From IMG/VR virus record IMGVR_UViG_3300011474_000007, positions 62,001 to 126,000 of that record: 64,000 nt of DNA, one strand, 5' to 3'. Numbering within the stretch: the first letter of the stretch is position 1; each line of letters starts with the position of its first letter. Origin of the DNA: an uncultured virus (IMG/VR IMGVR_UViG_3300011474_000007). Lineage: Duplodnaviria; Heunggongvirae; Uroviricota; Caudoviricetes. The translations under genes were made by a program, and so were the position numbers. This document shows, one piece after another, positions 10,829-20,017 of this stretch. Under the pieces are notes generated by a model. It had not been told where the DNA came from. It made no database searches and saw only the letters and a list, made by a program, of their open reading frames with translations.

Positions 10829-11341
10829 ATGGCAGTAAAATTAATTGATAAAATAGAATTTGATAATTTTGATAAGACTACATATACAAATGTGGCTGTG
10901 ATAAGAACAAAACAATTAGATGAGAATATGAGATTAAATACATCATTAGTTGATGGATTTATTGTTTTAACTAAAGATGGTATACAAGTTACAGAGATTG
11001 AAGATGGTGCGATTGATGATGAAAATAGCAAAGGTAAGTTCTGTTGTGGGTCTGATGGGAAATTAAAAATTATAGTAGATAAAGCTACTGTGGATACTGT
11101 AGAAAAAGCTAAAGCAGAATTAGCTAAATATCAAGCAGTTGTAGAAATGAAAGAGGATCTAGAATACGAGAATGATTTGTATGATATAACTATGATAGAC
11201 ATGGGATCTAACAAGAAAGTCTTTAATACCGTATTATTAAGTGGTGAAAAAATGATAGGTTACATGAAAAATAATGTAGAAACTATAGATTTAGTTACAA
11301 CTAATCCTATTAGATTTATAGTTGAGCCTAAACTAAGATAA
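10829..11341 (+). CDS. Hypothetical virion-module protein
   Basis: 170-aa ORF with RBS. Confidence 0.65.
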   Translation: MAVKLIDKIEFDNFDKTTYTNVAVIRTKQLDENMRLNTSLVDGFIVLTKDGIQVTEIEDGAIDDENSKGKFCCGSDGKLKIIVDKATVDTVEKAKAELAKYQAVVEMKEDLEYENDLYDITMIDMGSNKKVFNTVLLSGEKMIGYMKNNVETIDLVTTNPIRFIVEPKLR

Positions 11342-11354
11342 CTTTAAAAAGTAG

Positions 11355-11903
11355 TTGATGAATATGGATAAATACACAGGCAATAACAATTTAAATAACA
11401 TTTTCTATGAAATAGTTACTATTTTATTAGCTGATGATACTCAAGAAGCTATTGATTTAAAAAAACTTTTATATTATCAGAACAATAAGGACAAAAATGG
11501 GGATTTAATATATGTTAATCCTTATGAAAAAGATATAGTTTATGATGATTTGGATAATCAAAACATATACCAATATGATTATATTTTTGATATACAAAAA
11601 GAAACAAGAAATATAATAAACATCCATTTTGCAGGTTTAACTATTGATAAATATAATAATTATATAGAAGATGATTATTTCATGGTGGATATTTATATAC
11701 ATAAAGACATGGAAGCTATAGAAATGGATGGAAAAAGAATAGGTAGAAGTGTAGAAATTCTAAATAAAATTAGAAAATTATTAGATGGTAAGAGAATGTC
11801 AGATGGAATAACTTGTTTAGAATTAGAAGGTGTTAGAGGTGCTAAAGTACAAGATACCTATATAAAGCTTACTTGTGATTTTAAAATAAAGAATATTAGG
11901 TAG
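11355..11903 (+). CDS. Putative tail terminator-like protein
   Basis: 182 aa, upstream of the tail tube gene; function inferred from synteny only. Confidence 0.45.
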   Translation: MMNMDKYTGNNNLNNIFYEIVTILLADDTQEAIDLKKLLYYQNNKDKNGDLIYVNPYEKDIVYDDLDNQNIYQYDYIFDIQKETRNIINIHFAGLTIDKYNNYIEDDYFMVDIYIHKDMEAIEMDGKRIGRSVEILNKIRKLLDGKRMSDGITCLELEGVRGAKVQDTYIKLTCDFKIKNIR

Positions 11904-11911
11904 TTGATTAT

Positions 11912-12688
11912 ATGAGTGAGAGAATTGATTTAACAGATATAAGAGGGAAACCTAAAATATATAAAGGAATAGAAATTTATCCCGTGAAAATAAAAGAGTG
12001 TGAAGAATTCTATAAAAAATTATATGTATTACAATTTGATAAAAATAGTATACCAGATATACAAATCGTGAGGATGTCTTATTTAACATTTTTATATAAT
12101 CTTCAATTAATACAAGATGAAAAAGGAAACTTTCTTTATAAAACATTATTAGTAGATTTAATATCTTTATTAGAATTAGTTTTGCATAAGAAAAAAGAAG
12201 AAGACTTTTATTTAAAGCTAGATGAAAAAGGTATGCATTTAGTTTTTAAAACTAAAAATGGTGAGTTGAAATTTAAAAATAATGATTTTGAAGAATTAAA
12301 GAAAATAATTTTTAAGCAAAATGTTATACCTTATGATGACGAAGTCTTAAATCCTGAGTTAAAAAAGGCAGTTCAAGAAGCCAGAGAATTTATGTATAAC
12401 AAAAATAAAGATAAGCTACCAACTTTTGAAGAGCAAATATGTTGCTATCATTGTGCATTAGGGTTAACATACAAAGATATTGATGAATTAACAATTTACC
12501 AATTTACAAAAGGACTGGAAAGAAAAGAATTAATAATATCATATCAGGTATATGGTACTGCTATAGCTACTGGTATGGCTAGTGGTGAAATTCCAAACTG
12601 GTCATCACATATACCAGAAAGAGGACTATATGATGATGTAACAATTGATAGCAGTGAGCTAGAAAGAATTGCTTCACAAGTGAAGTAG
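11912..12688 (+). CDS. Putative tail assembly protein
   Basis: IDELTIYQF motif reminiscent of tail assembly chaperone C-termini; tail module position. Confidence 0.45.
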   Translation: MSERIDLTDIRGKPKIYKGIEIYPVKIKECEEFYKKLYVLQFDKNSIPDIQIVRMSYLTFLYNLQLIQDEKGNFLYKTLLVDLISLLELVLHKKKEEDFYLKLDEKGMHLVFKTKNGELKFKNNDFEELKKIIFKQNVIPYDDEVLNPELKKAVQEAREFMYNKNKDKLPTFEEQICCYHCALGLTYKDIDELTIYQFTKGLERKELIISYQVYGTAIATGMASGEIPNWSSHIPERGLYDDVTIDSSELERIASQVK

Positions 12689-12727
12689 TTTATATAAACA
12701 ATTTTAAAATTGAAGGAGGAAATAATT

Positions 12728-13729
12728 ATGGAAAATAATAAAGAATTTGCCGTATCCGTTGCGGATGCCATAATAAGAGATATCAAAACTAAGCAGATAG
12801 TTATGATTGGTAAAGCATTAATAGATACAGGCTTAAAACAAGCAGTACAAAATAAAGAAGTCAGAGGGGGATTCGGCAATGCATTGCAATATGAATTCTC
12901 ATATAATAAGGTTGTGTCTTGTGAAATAAGTTCAGCCAACTTTAAAGAAGAGTATATTGCGATGAACAATGGGGTTCCTATAGTCAATAAAATGGCTGAA
13001 TATTGGAATTACAGTGAAGAACATAAAGTTAAATCTAAAAAGATAACATTAGATGAATCTCCAGTTACAGGAACTAATGTTTATGTTGAATTACCAAATA
13101 AGACTATAGAAACTGTAGTTCCAGTAGGTAAAACTATTACATTAACAACACCTGTTGAAGATGATGCCAAGGTATTATGTACATATAGAGTTAAAAATGT
13201 AATTGATACTATAACTATTGATACAAAACACTATCCAATAGCGTATGAGTTAACTCTAATAGCTAAGGTATTTGATGCTAGTGGACAAACTAAAGAAATG
13301 CAAATAGAAATACCTGAATGGAAGGTTCAAGGTAACTTTGACCTTAATTTAAAAGCGGATGATGTTACTGTACCTAAAATATCTGGTAAAGCATTAGAGC
13401 ATAATGGAGATTATGCAGTAGTTAAATTGAAGAGAGTTGATGGTAAAGAGATTCCTATTCAACAAATAGCTGTTACTGAACCAGAAATAGAAATAGGAAA
13501 AGGTGAACAATACATTCCTCAAGTTATAGGAATAAGAGGCGGAGTATATGGTAATGTTCAAATACCTTTAGATAGACTTGATATAAAAACAAGTGATGCT
13601 TTAAAGATTAAAGTCAATTCAGATAATGCATTAGAAGGAGTAGCAGCAGGAAAGTCAGATATAACAATTGCTTTAAAAGATGACCCTTCCAAAAAAGATA
13701 TAATGAAAGTAGAATGCATTACAGTATAA
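12728..13729 (+). CDS. Major tail tube protein with C-terminal Ig-like domain
   Basis: AAGGAGG RBS before ATG 12728; beta-rich; Ig-like C-terminus (LEGVAAGKSDITI); followed by a terminator. Confidence 0.7.
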   Translation: MENNKEFAVSVADAIIRDIKTKQIVMIGKALIDTGLKQAVQNKEVRGGFGNALQYEFSYNKVVSCEISSANFKEEYIAMNNGVPIVNKMAEYWNYSEEHKVKSKKITLDESPVTGTNVYVELPNKTIETVVPVGKTITLTTPVEDDAKVLCTYRVKNVIDTITIDTKHYPIAYELTLIAKVFDASGQTKEMQIEIPEWKVQGNFDLNLKADDVTVPKISGKALEHNGDYAVVKLKRVDGKEIPIQQIAVTEPEIEIGKGEQYIPQVIGIRGGVYGNVQIPLDRLDIKTSDALKIKVNSDNALEGVAAGKSDITIALKDDPSKKDIMKVECITV

Positions 13730-13747
13730 AATAATTTGTGACTATAT

Positions 13748-13781
13748 AGGAGTGTAGAAAAATCTATGCTCCTTATTTTTT
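13748..13781 (+). terminator. Intrinsic terminator after the tail tube gene
   Basis: AGGAGTGTAGA...TCTATGCTCCT stem followed by T-run. Confidence 0.7.
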
Positions 13782-13800
13782 AAGGAGTGATTTTTTTAAG

Positions 13801-14421
13801 ATGATAAATTTTAGTGATTTGAAACAATCAAGAATAAGAAAAACTTTAGAGTTTAATGGTCAAGAAATAAATATATTAAATCCAACTAAAGAAATTAAAG
13901 AAAAAATAATTGATGTAGTTGGCAAATGTTCTAAAAGAGATAATAATAAGGTTGAAATAGATATAAGTTACGAAGATAATCCAGAATTTGTTAAAAATAT
14001 TTTTCAAACTTTAGTTGAAGGAATAGAGTTTCCAAATGATATTAAAGAATTTGAAATAGTAATGGAAGATCCAATGCCTATAGTAAAGGAAATTCAATAT
14101 GAAATTGCTGATATAATTAGAAGTATTGGAATGGAAAGAGCTTTAGAATTAAAAAATGAAATACATTCTGCAACGGATTTAGCTATGGTTAGCGATATAA
14201 TGAAAGAACTAGATGAGTTTGCAGAAAAGAATAGGGACTTTGAAATTCCTGAAATAGTTATTAAAAACAATGATGAAGTAACACCTAGACCAAAAGCTAA
14301 GCCTAAGAGAAAAGCAACAAAGAAGAAAGATGATAAGGCAGTTGACATAGAGAAAGTTAAAGAAGAAAATGAACAAGTAAAATCTGAAGATGTTGACGGT
14401 AAGGAAAATGGATTTCAATAG
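13801..14421 (+). CDS. Putative tail assembly chaperone
   Basis: 206 aa directly after the tail tube gene; synteny. Confidence 0.5.
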   Translation: MINFSDLKQSRIRKTLEFNGQEINILNPTKEIKEKIIDVVGKCSKRDNNKVEIDISYEDNPEFVKNIFQTLVEGIEFPNDIKEFEIVMEDPMPIVKEIQYEIADIIRSIGMERALELKNEIHSATDLAMVSDIMKELDEFAEKNRDFEIPEIVIKNNDEVTPRPKAKPKRKATKKKDDKAVDIEKVKEENEQVKSEDVDGKENGFQ

Positions 14422-14890
14422 TTTAGATGAATTATATAAATATGTTGAAAAAGCACATGAAGATGTGTCTTGTAATGATGTTCAAGAAGCAATAAAAGAA
14501 GTTGAAAGTGATGTTATAGATAAAGAAGTGTATAGTAAGTATAAACCATCAATATATAAAAGAAGAAAAAAAGAAGGTGGACTTAGCGATGCTAAGAATA
14601 TGAAAACTCATATAAGGAAAAATGGTAATAATATAGAAATAGAAATCACAAATGAAACTCCTTTAAATCCACCAAATGATGGAATAAGTAGAAACTATAG
14701 ATTAGATCAGGCTGTTGAGTATGCTGGAGATTACTACGAATATCCAATGTATAATAGAGATGAGAAAAATTATGCTTATCTTAAGCCTAGATCATTTACA
14801 AAAAAAACAGAAGAAAGATTATCTGTAACTAAAGAACATGAGAAAGCTTATAAAAATACTATGAAATCTAAGGGGATTGATGTAGATTAA
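14408..14890 (+). CDS. HK97 gp10-like tail component
   Basis: VYSKYKPSIYKRR and PRSFT motifs resemble gp10-like proteins; ATG 14408 follows AAGGA. Confidence 0.5.
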   Translation: MDFNSLDELYKYVEKAHEDVSCNDVQEAIKEVESDVIDKEVYSKYKPSIYKRRKKEGGLSDAKNMKTHIRKNGNNIEIEITNETPLNPPNDGISRNYRLDQAVEYAGDYYEYPMYNRDEKNYAYLKPRSFTKKTEERLSVTKEHEKAYKNTMKSKGIDVD

Positions 14891-15109
14891 AATGCCCCTA
14901 TTTTTCTTTAAATATATAGATGTAATAAATTATCAATTTTATTAAAATTCTAATTTGTATATTTAAAGAAAAATTAATTATGACTTTGGTAAATATAGGA
15001 TAAAAATCCTTGAACTTTAATCAACTTTGAGTTAGAAAGAAATCTCGCCACGCTATCTGCCAAGCATGGCTTGTGCAGTATAGTGGCGACTTAACATAAG
15101 GGATAATAA

Positions 15110-15148
15110 ATGAAAAAATATATTGAAAATCAGGGAAAATATAGTTGA
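15110..15148 (+). pseudogene. tnpA: Remnant of Y1 transposase tnpA
   Basis: Mini-ORF MKKYIENQGKYS* matches the C-terminal catalytic Tyr helix (YIENQ) of IS200-type TnpA; lies between the left-end hairpin and tnpB. Confidence 0.6.
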
Positions 15149-15173
15149 TTTATATAAAATAATTTGTTATAAT
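15145..15173 (+). promoter_or_regulatory. Sigma-A-type promoter for tnpB
   Basis: TTGATT-17bp-TATAAT with extended -10 TG. Confidence 0.6.
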
Positions 15174-15201
15174 ATACTTATGAAAAAGAGGTGATTAATT
15201 C

Positions 15202-16662
15202 ATGGCTAAATCAAAAACTCCAAGTTATACTTTAACATTACCATTAAAAATTGAACCTTATCAAGAATATATCTTAAATAAAAGATTTGAGAAGTGCAGA
15301 AAAATGTATAATTCCTGTTTAGGGGAAGCTCTTAAAAGATATAATCATATGATTGAATCTAAACAATATAAGAAGATCAAAAAAGTTAAAGATGAAAAAT
15401 TAAGAAATAAAAGATATGAAGAGTGTAATGAAGAGTATGGTTTAACTAAGAAATCATTTCAAAAATTTGTAAATTCTATGTATAACTATTTTGGATTAGA
15501 AAGCAAAACAGCACAAAATCAATCTCATAAAGCTTTTGCTACTATTCAAAAGTTAATGTTTCATAAAGCTAAAAGAGTTAATTTTATTAAATATAATGAA
15601 TTAATCTCAGTACAAGCTTTAGATAATAGACAAGGAGTGACTTATCGAGATGGTTATATTGTTTGGATGAAAACTAAATTTCCAGTAATAATTAAAAATA
15701 ATGACTTATATGCACAAAAAGCTATTCAAGATAGAGTTAAACTTTGTAGGATATTAAAAAAAGAAATAAAAGGTAAAACTAAATTTTATGCTCAATTAAT
15801 CCTAGAAGGTATACCACCTAAAAAAAATAATAAAGAAATTGGTGAAGTTAAAGGACGAACAGGAAATGGTAAAGTTGGTATTGATATTGGAACGAGAACT
15901 ATTGCTATATCAAGCAAATATGATGTTAAATTATTAGAGTTAGCACCTAATATTAATAATATAGATAAAGAAATTAAATTAATTCAACGTAAAATGGATA
16001 GATCAAAAAGAAGTATGAATCCTAGTAAATTCAATGAAGATGGAACTATTAAAAGAGGTAATAGAGATAGGTGGATATATAGCAATAAATATTTAAAAGC
16101 TAAGGCATTAAGAAAAGAACTATTTAGAAAACAAACTGAATTGAGGAAGCAAGACCATTATAATATGATTAATTGGTTGTTAGCTTTGGGCAATAAATTT
16201 TATGTTGAAGATATGAATTATCAAGGATTACAGAAACGTGTTAAGAAAACTACTATAAATGAAGAAACTAAGAGGTTTAATAAAAAGAAAAGATTTGGTA
16301 AGAGTTTAGCAAACAAAGCACCAAGTATGTTTTTAACTATGTTAGACAATAAATTAAAATATAACGATGAAAAATTGTATAAGATAGACACAAAGAAATG
16401 TAAATGTAGTCAATATAATCATTTTACAGATGAATTTAGCAAAAAAGAACTAAAAGATAGATGGAATAAAGACATAGTGATACAAAGAGATATGTATAGT
16501 TCATTTTTAATAATGAATGTAAATGAAGACTTAAAGAGTGTTAATAGGGAAAAATGTATTGAAACATATGATAATTTTAAAACATTACATGATAAGGAAA
16601 TAAATAGATTAAGAGAGTTAAAGAAAAATGGACATAAATTAATATCTAGTATGGGGATATAA
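15202..16662 (+). CDS. tnpB: TnpB-family RNA-guided endonuclease
   Basis: RuvC-I VGIDIG, RuvC-II YVEDM, RuvC-III QRDMYS; N-terminal R-x-x-YN helix; degenerate Zn ribbon. Confidence 0.85.
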   Translation: MAKSKTPSYTLTLPLKIEPYQEYILNKRFEKCRKMYNSCLGEALKRYNHMIESKQYKKIKKVKDEKLRNKRYEECNEEYGLTKKSFQKFVNSMYNYFGLESKTAQNQSHKAFATIQKLMFHKAKRVNFIKYNELISVQALDNRQGVTYRDGYIVWMKTKFPVIIKNNDLYAQKAIQDRVKLCRILKKEIKGKTKFYAQLILEGIPPKKNNKEIGEVKGRTGNGKVGIDIGTRTIAISSKYDVKLLELAPNINNIDKEIKLIQRKMDRSKRSMNPSKFNEDGTIKRGNRDRWIYSNKYLKAKALRKELFRKQTELRKQDHYNMINWLLALGNKFYVEDMNYQGLQKRVKKTTINEETKRFNKKKRFGKSLANKAPSMFLTMLDNKLKYNDEKLYKIDTKKCKCSQYNHFTDEFSKKELKDRWNKDIVIQRDMYSSFLIMNVNEDLKSVNREKCIETYDNFKTLHDKEINRLRELKKNGHKLISSMGI

Positions 16663-16877
16663 AAACTATATAGGTTTAGAATCGAGCCTTATACTAACGT
16701 TAATGGTGGCATTAGTTGCTTTGTTAGTGAAAGTCTTATTGAACTATAATTAGTGCTTATATGTTGTAATTTATAATGTATTTTATAAATGAGAGTATAA
16801 GAGAAAGTTATTTAGTAAATAAGAACCTGCCAAGCTTTAGCTTGTGCAGAGGTTCAGGTAATAATATATTTGAATTT
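16663..16877 (+). ncRNA. Putative omegaRNA (right-end RNA) scaffold plus flank-derived guide
   Basis: About 195 nt between tnpB stop and right-end hairpin GAACCT...AGGTTC; guide would be the ~20 nt after 16857, by analogy with TnpB systems. Confidence 0.55.
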
Positions 16878-17009
16878 ATAGTGCCAAAAGGGGATTTCAA
16901 TAATGTAGTTGAAAAGTTGGAAACTCCAAGATTAACTAAAGAAGATTTAGATGCATGTAAAAGAATTGCTAATTTATATAAGAAACCATGTAAAAATAAT
17001 TTGAAATAA
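16858..17009 (+). pseudogene. Small antitoxin-like ORF whose 5' end appears displaced by the IS insertion
   Basis: Open frame NNIFEFIVPKGDF...LYKKPCKNNLK begins at the IS right end; the track's ATG (16776) lies inside the omegaRNA region. Confidence 0.4.
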
Positions 17010-17058
17010 TTTGAAAAAGAAAAAGAGCTGTCAAAAGATTAAGAAGGAGGATATGTAG

Positions 17059-17244
17059 ATGCCTACAATATCATTTGATAGAGATATTATTTTAAACGAA
17101 CAAGCTGGTGATAAATTGTTGGATATGTTATCAGAAGAAAGAAAAGAAAGAAAAGAAAAAATAGAAATTGAAGATATAGATATAGGAAGGAAGTTAGCTA
17201 GAGGCAAGGAATTATTAGAATCTTTAATTAGGAGGGAGATATGA
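17059..17244 (+). CDS. Small antitoxin-like protein (61 aa)
   Basis: AAGGAGG RBS; MPTISFDRDIIL N-terminus resembles small partners of GNAT toxins (recognition by eye). Confidence 0.55.
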   Translation: MPTISFDRDIILNEQAGDKLLDMLSEERKERKEKIEIEDIDIGRKLARGKELLESLIRREI

Positions 17245-17441
17245 AAAAGATAATAGATTTCACAACATACTCTCAAAATATAAGAACACAAATAGAGTCA
17301 TATTCCTTATTAGATATGATTATTGACTCAAAAAAGAGAAAAGAAGTCTATGATTATTATGATAAAAACTATCAATCTACTCCAGAAGAAGATGATATAT
17401 GCACTGAAATGAGAGGAAAATATAAGAAGGAAGATTATTAG
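17241..17441 (+). CDS. Small hypothetical protein (66 aa)
   Basis: AGGAGG RBS; ATGA overlap with previous ORF. Confidence 0.6.
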   Translation: MKKIIDFTTYSQNIRTQIESYSLLDMIIDSKKRKEVYDYYDKNYQSTPEEDDICTEMRGKYKKEDY

Positions 17442-17452
17442 GAGGCTTTATT

Positions 17453-17614
17453 GTGAAAAAAATAAGTCAACGACCTAATAACGTATTAAAATCTATAGAG
17501 ATAAGTTCTAAAGAAATACAAGATTTTAAGAAGAGCAAGAAAAAATTCAAATCATTAAAAGAATCTCAACAATTATGGGATAAATGGGTAGAAGAATCAG
17601 AAGATGAGGTATGA
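17453..17614 (+). CDS. Small antitoxin-like protein (53 aa, not in ORF track)
   Basis: AGGAGG RBS then GTG; MKKISQRPNNVLKSIEISSKEIQDFKKSKKKFKSLKESQQLWDKWVEESEDEV; resembles 18302-18460. Confidence 0.6.
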   Translation: MKKISQRPNNVLKSIEISSKEIQDFKKSKKKFKSLKESQQLWDKWVEESEDEV

Positions 17615-17617
17615 TCT

Positions 17618-17869
17618 ATGAGTGACAGATTATCTGAGTTACAAAAAGAATTGCATAATAATCTATATAAGGCTACTGTGGCTGCTGAAGAAAATACTAA
17701 AAGAAATGAAATAGGACAGGTAGTATTCTCAGAGGACGATGAAAAAGATTATGAATGTGAATGGGATGCTATTGCAGGTATATTTAATAATATTGTCAAG
17801 AAGAAGGGCTTGACTAAAGAACAAGTTAAGGACATAGTCAATAATATCAAACAGGAGATAAAGGAGTAA
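17618..17869 (+). CDS. Small antitoxin-like protein (83 aa)
   Basis: GAGGT RBS; KRNEIGQVVFSEDD...EWD motif shared with 17874-18077. Confidence 0.55.
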   Translation: MSDRLSELQKELHNNLYKATVAAEENTKRNEIGQVVFSEDDEKDYECEWDAIAGIFNNIVKKKGLTKEQVKDIVNNIKQEIKE

Positions 17870-17873
17870 TAAT

Positions 17874-18077
17874 ATGTATATAAAAAGATGGATGTGGTGT
17901 AGTCAATCATTCCCGTTCACAAAAGATAAGAAAAAGATGTACATTAGAGATAATAAAGTAAAACTAAAAGATCTATTAATGAAAGATATAAGAACTGATG
18001 ATAAAGGTAGAGCTTTATTAACTAAAGATGATGAATGGATAAAAGAAAAGGAATGGGATGAGTTATATAGAGAATAA
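17874..18077 (+). CDS. Small antitoxin-like protein (67 aa)
   Basis: AAGGAG RBS; RTDDKGRALLTKDDEW..EKEWDELY acidic/Trp C-terminus. Confidence 0.55.
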   Translation: MYIKRWMWCSQSFPFTKDKKKMYIRDNKVKLKDLLMKDIRTDDKGRALLTKDDEWIKEKEWDELYRE

Positions 18078-18096
18078 AAAAGGGGAAAATTTAAAA

Positions 18097-18240
18097 ATGA
18101 CGACACAAATAGCTGCAACATCAACATTATACGGAGAAGAAGCAAAAAAGATTATTATGGAAGCAAAGACTACACCAAGCGAAAAATTTAAAGAAAATGG
18201 TAAAAAATTAATAAAATATTTTGAGAAATTCAAGGGCTAA
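18097..18240 (+). CDS. Small antitoxin-like protein (47 aa)
   Basis: AGGGG RBS before ATG 18097; MTTQIAATSTLYGEEAKK resembles small partners of GNAT toxins. Confidence 0.55.
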   Translation: MTTQIAATSTLYGEEAKKIIMEAKTTPSEKFKENGKKLIKYFEKFKG

Positions 18241-18301
18241 GCAGGAATATAAGTAAGTATAGTTTAGTATTGTAAAAAGTTATTAAAGAAGGATGATAAT
18301 T

Positions 18302-18460
18302 ATGAGAAATATAGTTCAGAGATACTGTCTTGTTTCCGAATCTCTTGAGGAAAGTTTAAAACAAATGAAAGCTATCCGAAGTGGAAAAATTAAAAAAAAG
18401 ACATGGAAAGAATTTAAAAGAGAACTTCAAGAAGAAGATGGAGTGAAAAATCATGGATAA
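18302..18460 (+). CDS. Small antitoxin-like protein (52 aa, not in ORF track)
   Basis: AAGGATG RBS; ESLEESLKQMKAIRSGKIKKKTWKEF resembles C-termini of RelE/ParE-associated antitoxins. Confidence 0.55.
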   Translation: MRNIVQRYCLVSESLEESLKQMKAIRSGKIKKKTWKEFKRELQEEDGVKNHG

Positions 18461-18620
18461 AGTGAATAAGAACATTATGGAGAAATTTTTTGGTATCGAT
18501 GACATATAGCCAATAAAGCTAACCTCATCAGATACAATGGATAAAAATAAGAAAGGTGATTGCTTTGCAGATTGGTATGAAGAAGAACTTGCAGAAAAGT
18601 ATAGGGAATATAATAAGTGA
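18453..18620 (+). pseudogene. Small ORF with an in-frame premature TAG
   Basis: GGAGTG RBS, ATG 18453, TAG at 18507-18509; frame stays open to TGA 18620. Confidence 0.45.
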
Positions 18621-18626
18621 ACTAAG

Positions 18627-18833
18627 ATGTATAACCCATCAAAATTTTATTATAAATATTTCGTACTAGGAGTGATGAATGCTGTGAAAAGATCACTAAA
18701 TATTAACAAATTAGCAACAAAAAATATGACTACTATGTCGTCAAAAGAGGCATTAAAAGATGTTATACCTTTTCAATGGAGTGCAGAAGTACTAAATGGT
18801 AATAAAAATATTATTGTTATAAAAGGTAGGTAG
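18627..18833 (+). CDS. Small antitoxin-like protein
   Basis: AGGAG at ~18668 suggests a later start (GTG 18684); MSSKEALKDVIPFQWS motif. Confidence 0.5.
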   Translation: MYNPSKFYYKYFVLGVMNAVKRSLNINKLATKNMTTMSSKEALKDVIPFQWSAEVLNGNKNIIVIKGR

Positions 18834-18838
18834 ATTCA

Positions 18839-18961
18839 ATGATGGGAAAAAATATCTCAGTCAAAGATAACACAAAAGTTAGCATTAAAGATAAAAGTTT
18901 CACCGATATTATTAAGTGTGGTAAAAAATTAAAAGAAATCGTTGAAAAGGAAGGTTTGTAA
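18839..18961 (+). CDS. Small hypothetical protein (40 aa, not in ORF track)
   Basis: AGGTAGG RBS; C-terminus LKEIVEKEGL resembles FNNIVKKKGL of 17618-17869. Confidence 0.4.
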   Translation: MMGKNISVKDNTKVSIKDKSFTDIIKCGKKLKEIVEKEGL

Positions 18962-19202
18962 AGTAATACATGTCTTTAATAATATGATTCGCTAAAATTC
19001 TCAACAAAACTTTGTATTTTAATATACAATTTATAACTTTTAATAGCTATTCTGTCCGTATTTTTGGTACGAATTATCATCAAGTATATACCAATTTATG
19101 GTAATATATAAATATACTAATTATTTATTATATATAAACGAAATAGATTATAAGCATATTTATTAAATATTATATTTTTATTAAAGAATATTTTGTAAAA
19201 TA

Positions 19203-19231
19203 TTGATATTTTGTACTGGGAGTGGTAAAAT
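19203..19231 (+). promoter_or_regulatory. Sigma-A-type promoter of the GNAT toxin-antitoxin pair
   Basis: TTGATA-17bp-TAAAAT with extended -10 TG. Confidence 0.55.
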
Positions 19232-19313
19232 TATGAATATAAAGAAATGGACAGGCTGTGAAAAGGCAAGGGTGTATACAGCTAAAATAGTTAAAAATAA
19301 GGGGGAAGGACAT

Positions 19314-19466
19314 ATGGCAGTATCTAAAGCATATTTATCTTGTTTAGATGAGGAGGCTACTCAATTATTTAAAAAAGATATAGAATCTGCTAATTTAACA
19401 CTCACTGTAGCAAAAAAGGGGTTAGAATTATTTAAAAAACTAACTTGTGACGAAAGAGATAGCTAA
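19314..19466 (+). CDS. Putative antitoxin of the GNAT toxin (50 aa)
   Basis: GGGGAAGGA RBS before ATG 19314; small ORF 1 nt upstream of the GNAT gene. Confidence 0.55.
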   Translation: MAVSKAYLSCLDEEATQLFKKDIESANLTLTVAKKGLELFKKLTCDERDS

Positions 19467-19467
19467 T

Positions 19468-20016
19468 ATGAAATTTTTTGAAGAAAAGCTGGATGAGGAT
19501 AAACACTTTAAAGAAATTAGTGATTTTGTATGTGGTGAAAATGAATCATTGGAAATATTTTTAAAATGTCATGCAATAAAATATCATAATAACTCTCAAG
19601 GTATGACTTACATAATAAAAATGGATAATAAAATTATTGCTTTTTATACATTAAAATGTAATGCTGTTCAAGTTAAAGATACTAATGGTAAAGAGTGTAT
19701 ACCTATGGTTGAATTAGCTCGACTTGCAGTAGATTCAGATTATCAATGTAAAGGCTATGGTACAGTAATATTTCTTGGATATATGCTACCTAAAATTTTG
19801 CATGTAAGGGATCTAGTAGCAGCAAAAGCCATTATGGTGTTTGTTGAAAAAGAAGATCAAAACGCTATTAATTTCTACAAAAAAATAGGTTTTAAGATGG
19901 CTGATGAAAAAGTTCAAAATCATATAGAGGAATGGTATTCTGAGGGATGTAGTATTATGGTATTGAATTTAGATACAGCAGAAGAAATATTAAGGCAAAT
20001 ACAAGAAGTAAATTGA
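19468..20016 (+). CDS. GNAT acetyltransferase, AtaT/TacT-like toxin type
   Basis: FxCG..LxxFL N-terminus, LARLAVDSDYQCKGYG acetyl-CoA motif, AINFYKKIGF. Confidence 0.8.
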   Translation: MKFFEEKLDEDKHFKEISDFVCGENESLEIFLKCHAIKYHNNSQGMTYIIKMDNKIIAFYTLKCNAVQVKDTNGKECIPMVELARLAVDSDYQCKGYGTVIFLGYMLPKILHVRDLVAAKAIMVFVEKEDQNAINFYKKIGFKMADEKVQNHIEEWYSEGCSIMVLNLDTAEEILRQIQEVN

Positions 20017-20017
20017 A

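Larger units (their letters stand above)
15040..16857 (+). mobile_element. Non-autonomous IS200/IS605-family element (tnpA deleted, tnpB retained)
   Basis: Same-orientation subterminal hairpin CTGCCAAGC-N3/4-GCTTGTGCAG at 15057-15078 and 16827-16849; tnpA remnant; tnpB; right end ...GAGGTTCAG. Left boundary approximate. Confidence 0.8.

Noticed and set aside
14390..14421. Programmed frameshift between the tail chaperone and the next ORF
   Set aside because: No clear slippery heptamer; the downstream ORF has its own RBS and ATG at 14408
14623..14634. GGTAATAATATA match to the predicted TnpB guide region
   Set aside because: Only about 12 nt in AT-rich DNA and TAM unknown; compatible with chance
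16776..16857. 5' part of the 77-aa ORF 16776-17009
   Set aside because: Runs through the IS right-end hairpin/omegaRNA region and lacks an RBS; likely a chance fusion
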